Shown piece by piece: positions 47,530 to 60,651 of a DNA stretch of 64,000 nt. Origin of the DNA: Callorhinchus milii. Its lineage: Eukaryota. A program made the position numbers and the translations under genes. Below the pieces are notes generated by a model that was given only the letters and a program-made list of their open reading frames with translations, was not told where the DNA came from and did not search any database. Position 1 is the first letter of the stretch, and the number at the start of each line of letters is the position of its first letter. The stretch lies in the NCBI RefSeq assembly GCF_018977255.1, contig NW_024704742.1, positions 135,782,001-135,846,000 of the forward strand, read 5' to 3'.

Positions 47530-49490
47530 AACAACAACAAAATTACATTTATAGAGCGTCTTTCACGTCGGCAGGAGGTCCCAAGGCGCTGGACAATCAG
47601 GGGTCAGGCCCCGAGCATGGGGGAGGGGTGGGGTGAGGATGAGGGAAGGCAGAGCGGTGGGAGGGCGACCGAAGGCACGATCAAAGAGGAGGGTCTTGTG
47701 ACCGGCCTTGGAGGAGGCAAGGGAGGAAGCGAGGCGAAGGGACTGTGGGATGGAGTTCCAGAGTGTGGGGGCAGAGAGGCTGAAAGCTCGGCCACCGATG
47801 GTAGGGCGGGGGGGGGGGAGGGGGGCGGGTGGGAGACATGGAGCAGTCGAAGCCCGATGAATGGAGGAAGCGGGCAGGTTGGTCGGGAGTCAGCAGGTCA
47901 GAGAGGTAGGAGGGGGATAACCTTGAAAGTGAGGACGAGGATCTTGACCTCAACCTCACTAAGCGAGTCAGGAACCTGGGTGTCTTATTTGAACTTCTCT
48001 TTGACCGAGCCTTCAGCTCCCCTATCGACTCTCTTCCCCCTTCTCGCTCCCTCCCTCCCCTCACCCTGACCATTTCCCCCCTCCTCGCTCCCTCCCTTCC
48101 CTCCCCTCACCCTGACTATTTCCCCCCTCCTCGCTCCCTCCCTTCCCTCCCCTCACCCTGACCATTTCCCCCCTGCTCGGGTCATGACCCAACTGTGCAG
48201 CGCCTTGGGACGTCCTCCTGACGTGAAAGGCGCTTTATAAATGGAATCTTGTTGTTGTTGTTGTTGAACTCGATCCTCTGGGGGATGGGGAGCCAGTGGA
48301 GTCGGGCGAGGGTGGGAGTGATAGGGTCATGGAGTCTGGTGCGCGAGAGTACATGAGCTGCAGAGATTTGGATGATCTGCAGCTTGTGAAGGGAAGAGTT
48401 GGGAAGACCGATGCGGAAGGAGTTCCCATGATCGAGCCTTGAGGTGACGAATGTGCGGGTGAGGGTTTGGGCAGCCTGAGGGGTGAGACAGTGGCGGAGT
48501 CTGGCAATGTTGCGGAGGTGGTGGTAGGCAGTGCCGGTCGTGTCGCGGATGAGGGGGAGAAAGGACAGTTCAGGGTCAAACAAGACACCCAGGTTCCTGA
48601 CTGGCTTAGTGAGGTTGAAGGTGCAGCCCTGGAGGCTGATGCTGCCAGTGCCTGAGGTGCGGAGGCGCTGGCGCGAGCTAATCAGGAGAGCTGACGTTCA
48701 GTTGGAGAAAGTTGTCAGGACTTGACTTGATGTCGTCCAGGACTTGATGTTGGACAGGCAGTCGGTCAGGACCCCAGTAGTCCTGGAGTTCAGGAGGGAG
48801 GTAGAGAGATAGAGTTGGGTGTCATCCGCATATATGTGGAAATTTACCCCATGTCTGGGGATGATGTCACCAAGAGGGAGCATGTAAAGGGTGAAGAGGA
48901 GGGGACCGAGGACAGAGCCCTGGGGAACACCGCACAAGACGGTGCAGGGGCTGGAGGAGAAGCATTTGCAGAGACGAAGTGGAGGCAGTGTGAAAGGTGG
49001 GACCTGAATCAATCAAGGATAGAACCTTGAAGGTTGAGGTGGGAGGAGAGGCGGTGGAGGAGGATTGAGTGATCCATGATGTCAAAGGCGGCGGAGAGGT
49101 CTTAGACAGACAAGGCAGGTGGTGTATGGGCCAGTAGCTGGATAGCTGTGATGAGTCAAGGGAAGATTTCTTAAAGGTGGGGGTGATAGTGGCTGTTTTG
49201 AGGGGAGAAGGAACAGTGCCAGATGACAGGGAGGGGTTGATGATGTCGGCGAGCAGTGGGGCAAGGAGGTGGAGCTGGGATTCAAGGAGAGCGGTTGGGA
49301 TGGGGTCCAGGGAGCAGGTGGTGGGCTTCATGGAGAAATATGGTGGTGAAGACAGAGGAAGGGGTGACAGGTGCAAAGGTGTGGAGGAGGGATAAGTAGT
49401 GTTCGGAGTGTGGGGTGGGGGGGTTAGGGAGGGGGCGGAAGTTGGGAGGGCAGTGGATTTTTTTGGGGACTCGAGGAAGTCCAGTATTTC
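47530..49490 (-). mobile_element. Cluster of nested L2 pieces (minus-strand RT fragment 48267-49490, plus-strand tail with tandem repeats 47993-48266, minus-strand 3' piece 47530-47990)
   Basis: [29 protein letters not shown] motifs; L2 tails in both orientations. Confidence 0.88.
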
Positions 49491-52400
49491 TCCCCCGTAA
49501 GAAGAACAGGAGAAAGACTCTCCCCCGGATACATACCCCCCACACACACACATTTGCTGACCAAACACAGCGGCCAATTTACAAGATAGTACATACGTTA
49601 ACAATCCTGCGACCCTATCACAAAAGGGAAGCGTATCCTCACTGGTGCCCTGGACGACAGTTCCCCCACCCCCTCCACCCACCACCGTCCGGATAAAGAT
49701 GGTCATTCCCTTTACTGCATTCGGTGAAGTAGAGAAGAGACACGACATGAACAGACTGCAGAAACAGTCTCTACACTTGAGAGTAATTAATAACAATGAC
49801 GATCCTTGCGTTTTGATATCATATTTTGCCTCGTCACGTCATCGAGACGTCTCAAAACGGGGTACACTGTATTTTGCGGGCGAATCGCGGCAGGCAATTG
49901 CGCGCAGCAGTGTCCCGCTGTGAAACACGTTGAAATTAAAATTAATTGTAATTATTGGCACTTGAGGCACACAGAAAAGCACTCATCTACACCGGCTGCT
50001 TCACTGCCCCCAACACAACAACAACTTGCATTTATATAGGGGGGGGGAGAGAGAAAGGAAAAACGTTATTCCATTCGCTGATCTGTAGCTAAACTTCAAT
50101 TACCATTTAAATACCCTCAAAAAAAACCTTACTTAAACCTGTAACTGCAGAGCTAAAGAGTTTTCAAATGGAGTTTAAACGTCAGAATGACAGGCTGTGG
50201 CAGCGGTAAAGACTCTTTAAACAAAGATGGACAGAGGACGTGATTGGGATTTTAAACTCAGCCGCGAGAGTGAGCGGCAGCACAGAATAACGGGCAAAGT
50301 TTGGGGCGTTTTCCTGAGCGCATTCCTTGTCGAAATTCGCAACAACAATTTACATTTCTAAGTTTTCACATCACACGTTGTTGGCGGGGTGGTGGGGGGG
50401 GGAATGGATAATAATAACACTTGCATTTGATACGGCGCCTTATCACGTCATTGAGACGTCACAAAGCGCTTCACAGGATATACTGTAAAGTGGAGTGACT
50501 GTATATTTTGTGGGCGCGACACTGTCTATAAAGCTGACTTACGCTTTAGAAATTCCAGTTCTCATTGCTTATAAGGGATTTTTCCGTATGAGGAGTATGA
50601 ATATTGTCCGAGGAATCCTGGAGGATTCACTCCTTAAAAGGAGTTAGAACCAAGGCTTAATTGGACACTGAGTCTAATTAAGGAAGAAACGTACAGCGAT
50701 TGCTGGTATTAATTAGCATAAGGAAGGTGTTAAGGAACACCGCAAATTTTACCATGTAGAAATTTTCAGCAGTGCTCCAAAGTGCTATACAGGATTGACT
50801 GTAAAGTGTAGTGACTGTGCATCTCAGCGATGTGATAATTAACTCATCACACAGCGTTATAACCCGTTATAACCATTCATAACCCTCGTGCATTCCCACT
50901 ATCAAATTCCAGGCATTTCTCTTGCGTCGTATTAATAATTTTTTCGGGAACCATTGTTGGAAGCGACATAAGGAAACACCCTGAAAAATTAATAAGCTGG
51001 AAATCCGACACATTGACTGAAAGGTTTATCAGTGATTTTAATTCCCCGTAAAATGTAATTACTGAAGGAGTCAGGAACTTGTTCACGCAAATGGGATTTT
51101 GTTCGAATCAATTATCACAATTTTTATAATTCCCATAAAATAATTACACATTACTACTCCGTAAGGGCTTCATCAAATAAACTAGTGTTGGTCGTTATTT
51201 TGTTACAGATTGATATCTGTCGGACATTGGGTTTCTGAACTTATGTGGAGTCCTGTAGCTCAGTGGTTAGAGCACTTGCCTTGCAAACGAGAGGACCCGG
51301 GTTTGATTCCCGGGTGGGGCGAGACCTCAGGCTCCGCCCTGCCTCTGCAACCTCCTAACCCCCTACCAATCTGCCCGCTCCCCTCGCTCAGCGGGTTCCG
51401 GCCTGCTTCACGTCCCCCACCTCGCCCGCCCCACCATTGGTGGGCCTTCAGCCACTCTGCCCTCATCCTCTGGAACTCCACTCCGCAGTCCCTCCTTTGC
51501 GCCCCCTCCCTTGCTTCCTTCAAGACCCATCTCAAGACCCTCCTCTTCGACCGTGCTTTCGATCACTCTACTTGATTAATGCGCGTATCATTGTCCCACA
51601 AACAACAGCAAACAGCCATGAAGTGAGTGACCAATTTATATGTTATCTGGGGGATTGTTGGCCAGGATACCAGGAGGAACTCCCTTCTCTTTTTGACAAT
51701 TGTCATGGAATCTCAATCACCCATTTCAACAAGGCACGGACAGGACCTCAGTTTAACATCTCATCCAAAGGACAGTAACTCTGGCAATGCAGTGCCACCC
51801 AATGCACTAACATTGATGTGCCAGCCCAGATACCCACCTCAAAGACCCGATGCTCCTGATGCTAACTTCCTCTCACTCGACTACAAATCCCTTCACTCCC
51901 TGGCATTTCACTACCTTTCTGATCTCCTTTCTCTCCACTCCACTACCCGCTGCCTCCGCTCGGCTGGCTCTGGCTTCCTCCTAGTCCCTCGTCCCCTCCT
52001 CTCCGCCATCGGCGTCCGTGCTTTCAGCCACTCTGCACTGAAGCTTTGGATCACTTTCCCTCAATCCCTCCGCCTTGCCCATTCCTTCCCCTCTTTTAGA
52101 TCACTACTGAAGACCTTGCTCAGTCACCGTGCTTGTGGTCACCTCTTCCCTCCCCCCGGCACAGCCACTGTTAAGCACTCCCAGGCACTGCCTATTCATT
52201 GAATGGATTCTTACCCTAGCAGTAAGTAGGGACCCAGTTGTTAGTTGACTGGTGGATCGCTTTTCTGCGGGAAATAATCCCCAAAAATAAAATGAAAAAA
52301 TAATAGTAATTTAGTCACTCGATCCACGACTGTTTGTGGGACGCTGCTGTGCGCAATTGGCTGCCGCATTTCGCTCACAAAATATACATCAATTCACTTT

Positions 52401-53714
52401 AGAGTATATCCTGTGAAGCGCTTTGCGATGTCTCAAAGACGTGATAAGGCGCAATATCAAATGCAAAGATTATTACACGTATTATATTTCGCTGTGGTGA
52501 TCAATCCTCCGCACGATATTGCATTTTGAAGGCAACGCTCTTAGGCCTAAGAATGTGAGAAATTTGGGGCTTCTGTCCAAGTTGTGTCTCCGTGACAACG
52601 AAGCAGGCTTGATAGCAAAGTGTGACAGCAAACTGCAACCAGCGGCAAGGTCTCTTGTTCTGTCCACATTGGCACTGACGTCATGTGTCTTTTGGCAGAA
52701 ACGCGGAGTGCCAAGCAATGTTTATGAAAAGTATTGAAGCTGACAGTGCAAAGCGGCTCCAGTAACACCTCTAGATACTGCTCTCCCAGTCTCATGTTAA
52801 TGACTGCATGACCACAGAATTAGTCCACTTCCCTCGTTCTGTTTGGTCTCAGTGACTCATCAAACCTTGTGCCGTGAGCACTGCTTAAAGGTGCAGGGTA
52901 AGTGCCTTCCAACGAATGAGTCGACTCACGTAGTGTAGTTTGATATAATAACTTGCATTTGATATAGCGCTTTTCGCGTCTTCGAGACGTCTCAAAGCGC
53001 TTCACAGAATATACTGTACAGTGAATTGACTCTAACCACTGAGCCACAGGACTCCACAAACTGAGAATTCCATGAGCTTCTGATAATTATCCCCTACTAC
53101 AAAGGGGAGGTGTAATAATAATAATCCTTGCACATCAAATGCAAGGATTATTATCATTACACCTGCCTTTTGTAGCAGGGGATAATTATCAGAAGCTCAT
53201 GGAATTCTTAGTTAGGGATTGTATGCTCTTAAGCACTGTGTTGGGTTTCCACATGTGCCAGACACCCGGCTGACTCCAAGACATCACTGCAGATTATTTC
53301 TTTTAATACATGCCCTGCTTCACAGATGGACCTGGATGACCTGCGAGGCTTATTAATAGGAATAATGTTAAAAAGAGTTTAATGTGACTATTTCTCTCAA
53401 CTGTAGTGACTGTGCTTTCATATGGCAGCCATTTTGCCCACAGCAAGGCCTAACAACCAGTCGTGAAGTGAACGACCAATTTCACCTGAGGGATTGGATA
53501 GTGTTACCAGATCTTTAACGTGCACCTGAACAGGCAAAGAAGGGACTTGGTTTAATATGTCTCACTCAAAGGACAGCGTCTTCGACAATGAAATGCGCCC
53601 CCAGGACTACACTGGAACGTCAGCCTCGACTGGGAGCTAATGTATTGTAAGACGGAACAGGTGAAGGAGGGGGAGCAGGGGGCATGGAAGGGAGGAGGGT
53701 TCAAAGGGATATCT

Positions 53715-53965
53715 CATATCCCCAAGAGATCCCTGAGTGTTTTTTAAGGTTCTAAAGGGACTGGATAATCATGATTAGCTGTTTTATCCTGTAATAAACA
53801 GTAGAACCAGAGGACACGGCCTGCGTTTGAAGGGCGGTAAGTTCGGAACAAATCTACGGAGACATGGAACAGGCAGCTCCCTAGGGAGACCGGGTGGAAG
53901 CAGAAAGTGTTGATTCTTTCCAAAGCAAATTAGATTGATTTATTTTAGGAAAGAATACCTCAGGA
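53715..53965 (+). mobile_element. CR1-like LINE 3' fragment (similar pieces at ~33170-33420 minus and ~57230-57400 plus)
   Basis: Resembles the CR1 ORF2 end (VFKVLKGLD...RTRGHGLRLKGGKFGTNLRR); degraded. Confidence 0.6.
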
Positions 53966-56900
53966 TACAATATATAGCGTGGGACACTGCTGTGCAGAAA
54001 TTGGCTGCTGTGTTTGCCTACAAAATACACAGTCACTCCACTTTACAGTGTTTGTTGTGTAGTGCTTTGAAATATCTCGTCGATGTGATAAGATGCTATA
54101 TCAAATGCAAGGATTATTATTATTATTAATATTATTATCCTCCAGACATGAAAAGCATATGTCAAATGTAAGGATCATTATTATCTGCTAAAATCTGATA
54201 AGACGATGGAGCAGGCTTGATGGGCTGAATGGCCTCTTCCTGTTTTCTTAAGTTGCCGCATGTTTCACAGTGTGAGCAACGGAGATTTGTTCAGATGAGA
54301 TAATGAGCTGTGCCTAACCCTGTGACTGACATCCCAGAGCTGTGTGTAATGTCTGTAGGTCTCTCCCTGTAGGCAGAATGAAGTTGATCCAAATGGAGCT
54401 GTTTCTTATCAACAAGATTACATTGATGCAGCGTTGGGAAGACACAAAACGCTTCACGCAAAAGACTGGAGGCAGGCTGGGTGTGGGAGTGGTGGGGGAA
54501 CTGAGAAGGGAGGGGGGCCTTCTCAGTTCCCCCACCACTCCCACACCCGAAAGCACGGCCGAATATAGGTCTTCAGTGGGGGCTGAAAGTCACGAGGGCG
54601 GGATGAGGGAGGGTGGGAGACAAGGCTGAGGGAGGAGGCAAGGGGTTGGGAAGAGGGTGAGGGATTGAGGCCAAGGAAGTGGAGAGGTTAGGGATGCTGA
54701 TGAGGAGTTGTAGGGGGGGGTCGTTCGCTGGCAGTGAAGACTCATCTACCAACGGTGGGGCAGATTGGACGGTGGGGGGGGGGGGGTTGAAGCAGGCACA
54801 TGTTTGCTAAGGTACGTATGGTAAAAATGGAGGGGAGGTGGAGTTACTCTGTTAAACCATGCGTCTAAAAGCAAGTAAATCAAGCTTCCTAAATCCCTAA
54901 CCGTAACGATACGGTAATTAAATATTGACTGTTTTGTAACCTGGATTAGCGGAGTGGTGAACACTGGTGGTTACAGCGCTAGGTATTAACTGGTTGACAA
55001 AAGGATCAACCATTGCTAGTTCAGGTTGGGTTTATGGCTATAGATTTGCGACTGAAACAAGCTGGGGATGTTATTACTGCTCCGGCTAAACCAGGAATCA
55101 CTTCGTCAGGACCGGGACACACACTAATAATTAATAATCATTGCATTTAATGTAACTTGTTGTTAATAATAATGATTATTGAGTTGTAATAATTATTATT
55201 GTGTCTGGAAGATGTGATAAGGCACAATGTCAAATGCAAGGATTATTGTTATGAATAATAATAAAGTGCACTGTAAAGTGTATTGACTGTGTATTTTGTG
55301 GTCGAAATGCACAGCCAATTGCACACATCAATGTCCCACAAACAGCTGTGGATTGAGTGACCACTTTTTTTAAGGGGGCAGCCAATTGCACACAGCAGTG
55401 TCCAACAAACAGTCGTGGATTGAGTGACCAAATTCTTCTTATTTTTTGAAGGGATTATTACCTCCGGAAAAGCGACTAACAACCGGATTCCTACTTACTG
55501 CTAGGTCAACAGAAGCATGTGGAGTAAGAAAACTTGCCTAAGGTTTTGCCCTGCCCGGGAATCAAATCCAGATCCTCTCACCTGCAAGGTGTCTGCTCTA
55601 AGCAATATGCTACAGGACTAAATGTAAGGCTGACTGTTAATGATTATTATTATTTTTTTCACCCCTCACTAAAAGCACTGCTTGAGCCAATCCATTGATT
55701 ACCGGGTCGGCCCATTGCCTTTCCTACCCTCAGATGGAGCTGAACGATGTTTAATGGAGAGCTGAGGCAACAGTCCATCAATCAGACTTCAGCTGAAATG
55801 AGGTGTGACCAAACCCTCCTTCCCTTTAGCGTGTGAACGAACACTTAAGGAGTTGATGAAGAACCTTTATTAGGTTCCTGCATAAACACATCAGAGAGAA
55901 GAGGCAACAGTGATCAATGTATATACTCCAACAGATCCCAAACCCAACTAAATGTCACTAGTGAGAGGAAGGTTCAATTCCCGGACGGAGCAAAATCTTA
56001 TGCAAGTTTCCTTACTCCACACGCCTCTATTTACCAAGCAATAAATAGGAAATCGGTTGTGAGTCAATTGGCAGATCGCTTTCTGTTTGTGGGACACTGC
56101 TGGGTGCAATTGGCTGCCGCGTTTCGCCCACAAAATGCCAGTCAATTCACTTTACAATATATCCTGTGAATCGCTTTGAGACGTCTTGAAGACTTGTGGA
56201 TTGAGTGATCACATTTTTTTTTGATAGTGGAAACTTGCCCAATGTTTCCCCCAGGTCCCCTCGCTGGCGAAGCGAGCGCGCTCTAAAAAGCAAGATACAG
56301 GATTTATGGCAAAGCAATAATAATAATCCTTTCAGAGATATCTGAAAAGGCTTCACAGGACATGCTGTAAAGTGGAGTGACTGTGTATTTTGTGGGCAGC
56401 CAGTTGCACATAGCAGGGTCCCACAGACAGCCATGGAATGAGCAACAAATTTTATTTGGGGGAATTGTTGGCCAAGACACCAGGAAAGAGAAACTCCCTT
56501 CGCTTTTCAAACAGCAACATGGGATCTTTAGCATTCATCTGAACAGGCAGACGGGAACTCGGTTTAACATCTCATCCAAAAGATGGATTTCTCTAATGCA
56601 AGCTCACTTTAAACATCCTAAAGTGTGCACCAGAAATGTTATAGAAGTTCCCCAATAACATATATGAATTTCACCTAATTTTTAAGAGCGAGTGCTTCAG
56701 TAGGAAAAATGCTTCCACTCTAAATGTCTCCAAATTGATGGCGGAAATGTTTCAGTTAATAGTGCTAATCACCTCCACTTTATCATAACCTCACAATTGG
56801 GAATAACACTTAACCTCAGCCTTATGGAGAGATCTAAAGTACTAACAACCATTAGGACAATATAACTGAACGATATCCCCAGAAGCACGTAGACAGCAGA

Positions 56901-58105
56901 ACAACAACAACAAAATTATATATATATATACAGTGCCTTTCACGTCGGGAGGATGCTGGACAGTGAAGGATGTGCACCCGGGCTGGGGGTTGGGATCAGG
57001 AGGGATGGAGGGCAGGGAGGGTAGGGCTAGGAGGGCGACCAAAGACATGGTGTATGAGGAGGGTTTTAAGACCTTGAACAAGGGAGGGAGCGAGGTAAAG
57101 GGACCGTGGGATGGAGTTCCAAAGGATGGAGGCAGAGAGGCTTAAGGGCTGACCGCCGATGGTGGGGCGGGTCAGACGGGGGACGTGGAGCAGCCCGGAG
57201 CCCGTTGGACAGAGGGAGTGGACATGACATAGGTTTAAGAGTTGCAAAGAGTAACTTTAGGTGAGATGCTACGAGGTTTTACCCTCGTTACGCAGACAAT
57301 TACACGGTAATTAACAACTGGAATGGGGTGGTTGAGGCGAGGAGAATGGAGTCATTTGTAAAGCAGCTTGATGCTGTGATGGGAGGATGATCAAATGTGC
57401 TGAAAGCCCTTCTTCATCCAAACGAGTCTTGTGATGTTGCTCCTTGCAGTGTGATGGTCTGAAACAAGGTTATGAGTTCGTTTCTTTCTCTTGCTCAGGA
57501 TGTGTGGAGCAGATCAGTCAGCCAAGTTAGAGAAGTCACCCAGCAAGCAAGATGACCCGGATTCGAATCCCATGAGGGCAGGGCGAAACCTTAGGCAAGT
57601 TTTCTTACTCCACACACACCTCTGTTTACCTAGCAGTAAGTAGAAACAACTAATTAGTCGATTGGCATGTCGCTTTCCGGGGGTAATAATCCCTTCGAAT
57701 AAAAAATAATAATAATTTAGTCACTCAATCCCTGACTGTTTGTGGGCAATTGCTGCCTGCAATTGGCTGCTGTGTTTCGCCCCCAAAATATACAGTCAAT
57801 TCGCTTTACAGTGATACAGTGACACTTACAACATGATAAGGCTCTCTATCGACAACAACAACAACTCGCACTTATATAGCGCTCTCCAGGCAGAGTAGCG
57901 TCTCAGAGCGCTTGAAATGTAAGGATTAATGGTATTATTATTCTCATCTCATTCTCTTTTCTCTCACTCTCTCATTTTCTCTCTCTCTCTCATTCTGTAC
58001 TAAAATCTAAAGCTGTCTTCCCGTTTTGATCCAGTTGTTCAACCGCATTCTGTGAACCCACTTACTCCACTGACCATGGTAGTAACAGTTAGTTGGTAAC
58101 AGTTA

Positions 58106-58642
58106 GTTCAGAACTCTGCAGCTCGTGTACTGTCCCGCACCAGGCTTCGCGAACCTCACTCCCACCCTCGCTCGCCTCCACTGGCTCCCCATCCCCCAGA
58201 GGATCGATTTCAAGATCCTCATCCTCACCTACAAGGCCATTCACGGCCTTGCTCCCTCCTACCTCTCCGACCTACTATCCCCCTACCTACCTGCCCGTAC
58301 CCTCCGTTCCTCTGGCTCCGGTCTGCTCCACATCCCTCGCCCCAACCGCCCTACTATCGGTGGCCGGGCCTTCAGCCTCTCAGCCCCGAGGCTCTGGAAC
58401 TCTATCCACCAGTGCCTTCGCCGCTTCCTCCCTTTCCTCCTTCAAGGCCGGTCTCAAAACCTTTCTCTTTGACCGTGCCTTCAGCTCCCCTCTCGACTCT
58501 CTACCCCCTCCTCGCTCCCTCCCTTCCCTCCCCTCACCCTGACCATTTCCCCCCTGCTCGGGTCCTGACCCAACTGTACAGCGCCTTGGGACGTCCTCCC
58601 GATGTGAAAGGCGCTCTATAAATGGAATCTTGTTGTTGTTGT
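58106..58642 (+). mobile_element. Young L2 3' fragment
   Basis: [30 protein letters not shown]; near-identical to the 37.3-38.9 kb copy. Confidence 0.92.
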
Positions 58643-60171
58643 AGTTGAGCTCCATTGGTGGTGAGAGCTGAAAGACATTGTAAGGCCTCTGGAATTGAGA
58701 CAGTGTGTACCGCAGAAAAAATTCCGTGCATTTGCACACACAACCTCGGTGCTCCTGTGGGAATGGTTACATGCCAGCCGTGTGCTGTATCTTGTGCGAT
58801 TGCCAGTCAACAGGAAGACCTAGATATCTATGACTAGATATCTTTTACAGATATCAATGCTGCTTACTCCCCAATCCACTACCCACTGCCTCCGCTCAAC
58901 TGGCTCCAGGCCTCCTACATGTCCCTTGTGCCCTCCGCTCCACCATCAGCAGTCGCGCTGAGTCCCCGAAACTCTAGAACACTTTCCTCAATCCCTCCTC
59001 CTTACCTTTCCCATCTTCCGGTCGCGTCTGAAAATCTTCCTCTTCAAACGTCACCTCCTCCACTGTCAGCTGTTATATTTGTTAGGTCAGGATATTAAGG
59101 AAGGGATATGGATCAAGGGAAATCCAGAGTTAAGAGTTAAAGAGTGAGGCAGAGAGAGAGAGAGAGAGACACACACACACACACACACACAGGGAGAGTG
59201 GGAGAAAGAGACAAAGTATGACAAGGAGAAACACACTCACACAATCTCAGTTTTAATAATAATAATCCTTGCATTTGATATAGCGCCTTATCACATCGTT
59301 GAGACGTCTCAAAGCGCTTCAGAAAATATACTATAAAGTGGAGTGACTGTATATTTTGTGGATGAAATGCAGCAGCCAGTTGCACACGGTAGTGTCCCAC
59401 AGACAATCGTGGATTGAGTGACCAAATTGTTTTGACGGATTAATACCACCAGAATGCGATCCGCCAATCGACTAACAACTGGGTTCCTACTCATTCCTAA
59501 GTAAACAGAGGCGTGTGGAGTAAGATAACTTGCCTAAGGTTTTGCCCTGCCTGGGAATCAAACCCCGGTCTTCTTGCTTGTGAGGTGAGCGCTCTAACCA
59601 CTACGCTATGGGACTTCAAACCTGCCAGGGTTTGTGTTGCGTGAAGCGAGCAGTGAGGTCAGGACAGTGACGGGCATTTTATCTTTCACCCAAGTCCAAT
59701 ATGATACCTGCACAGTGGAATGCTGACCTTCTGTGCTGAAGAGATACGATTCAGATTCAGTCAGTGTCCTCAAGTCTCCAGAGAGAGAAAGAGAGAGAGA
59801 GAGAAAGGCTGTGAGTCAGAGAGAGAGGGGAAAGAGCACACATACACGTAGAGAGGTAGAAAGAGACACACACAGAGGGGCAGAAACAGTCGCGGAGTGA
59901 GGCAGAAAGGCACACGGGGGGCAGTATGGGGAGAGAATAGCAATAATAATAATCCCTGCATTTGATATAATGCTTTTCATCTCTTCCAGATGTCTCAAAA
60001 TGCTTCACAGAATATACTGTGAAGTAAATTGACTGTATTTGTGGGCCATTCAGCCCATCAAGTCCGCACCAGCTCTCAGAGTAGGTTGATTATTCAATGC
60101 CACTGCCACAACCCATCCCCATACTCTTTTCAAGCCTTTCGTCCATATACTTCTTGCTATTTTCTGTCCAT

Positions 60172-60651
60172 TGGAGTCCTGTGGCTCAGTGGTTAGAGCA
60201 CTCGCCTCGCAAGCGAGAGGACCTGGGTTCGACTCCCGGGCAGGGCGAAATGTTGGGCAAGTTTCCTTACTCCACATTTCTCTGTTCACCTCATAGTAAG
60301 TAGGAACCCAGTTATTAGTCAATTAACAATAATAATAATAATCATAATTCTTGCATTTGATGTAGCGCTTTTCATGTCTTCTAGATGTCTCAAAGCGCTT
60401 CACAGAATATATTGTACAGTGAATTGACCGTATATTTGTGGGCGAACGCGGCAGCCAATTGCGCACAGCAGCGTCCCACAGATAGTCGTGGATTGAGAAT
60501 GACCAATTTATTATTGTTTTGTTTTGGAGGGATTATTATTAGACGTGTGGAGTAAGGAAACTTGCCCAAGGTTTCACACCTCTGCCTGGAATTGAACCCA
60601 GGTGTCTCGCTTGCAAGGCGAGTGCTCTAACCACTGAGCTACAAGACTCCA
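60172..60651. mobile_element. Two tRNA-headed SINEs tail-to-tail (plus 60172-~60325, minus ~60325-60651)
   Basis: A/B box heads at both outer ends. Confidence 0.88.

Noticed and set aside
60172..60250. tRNA-like sequences (also 7543, 32771, 41568, 51246)
   Set aside because: SINE heads that continue into SINE body and tail, not stand-alone tRNA genes
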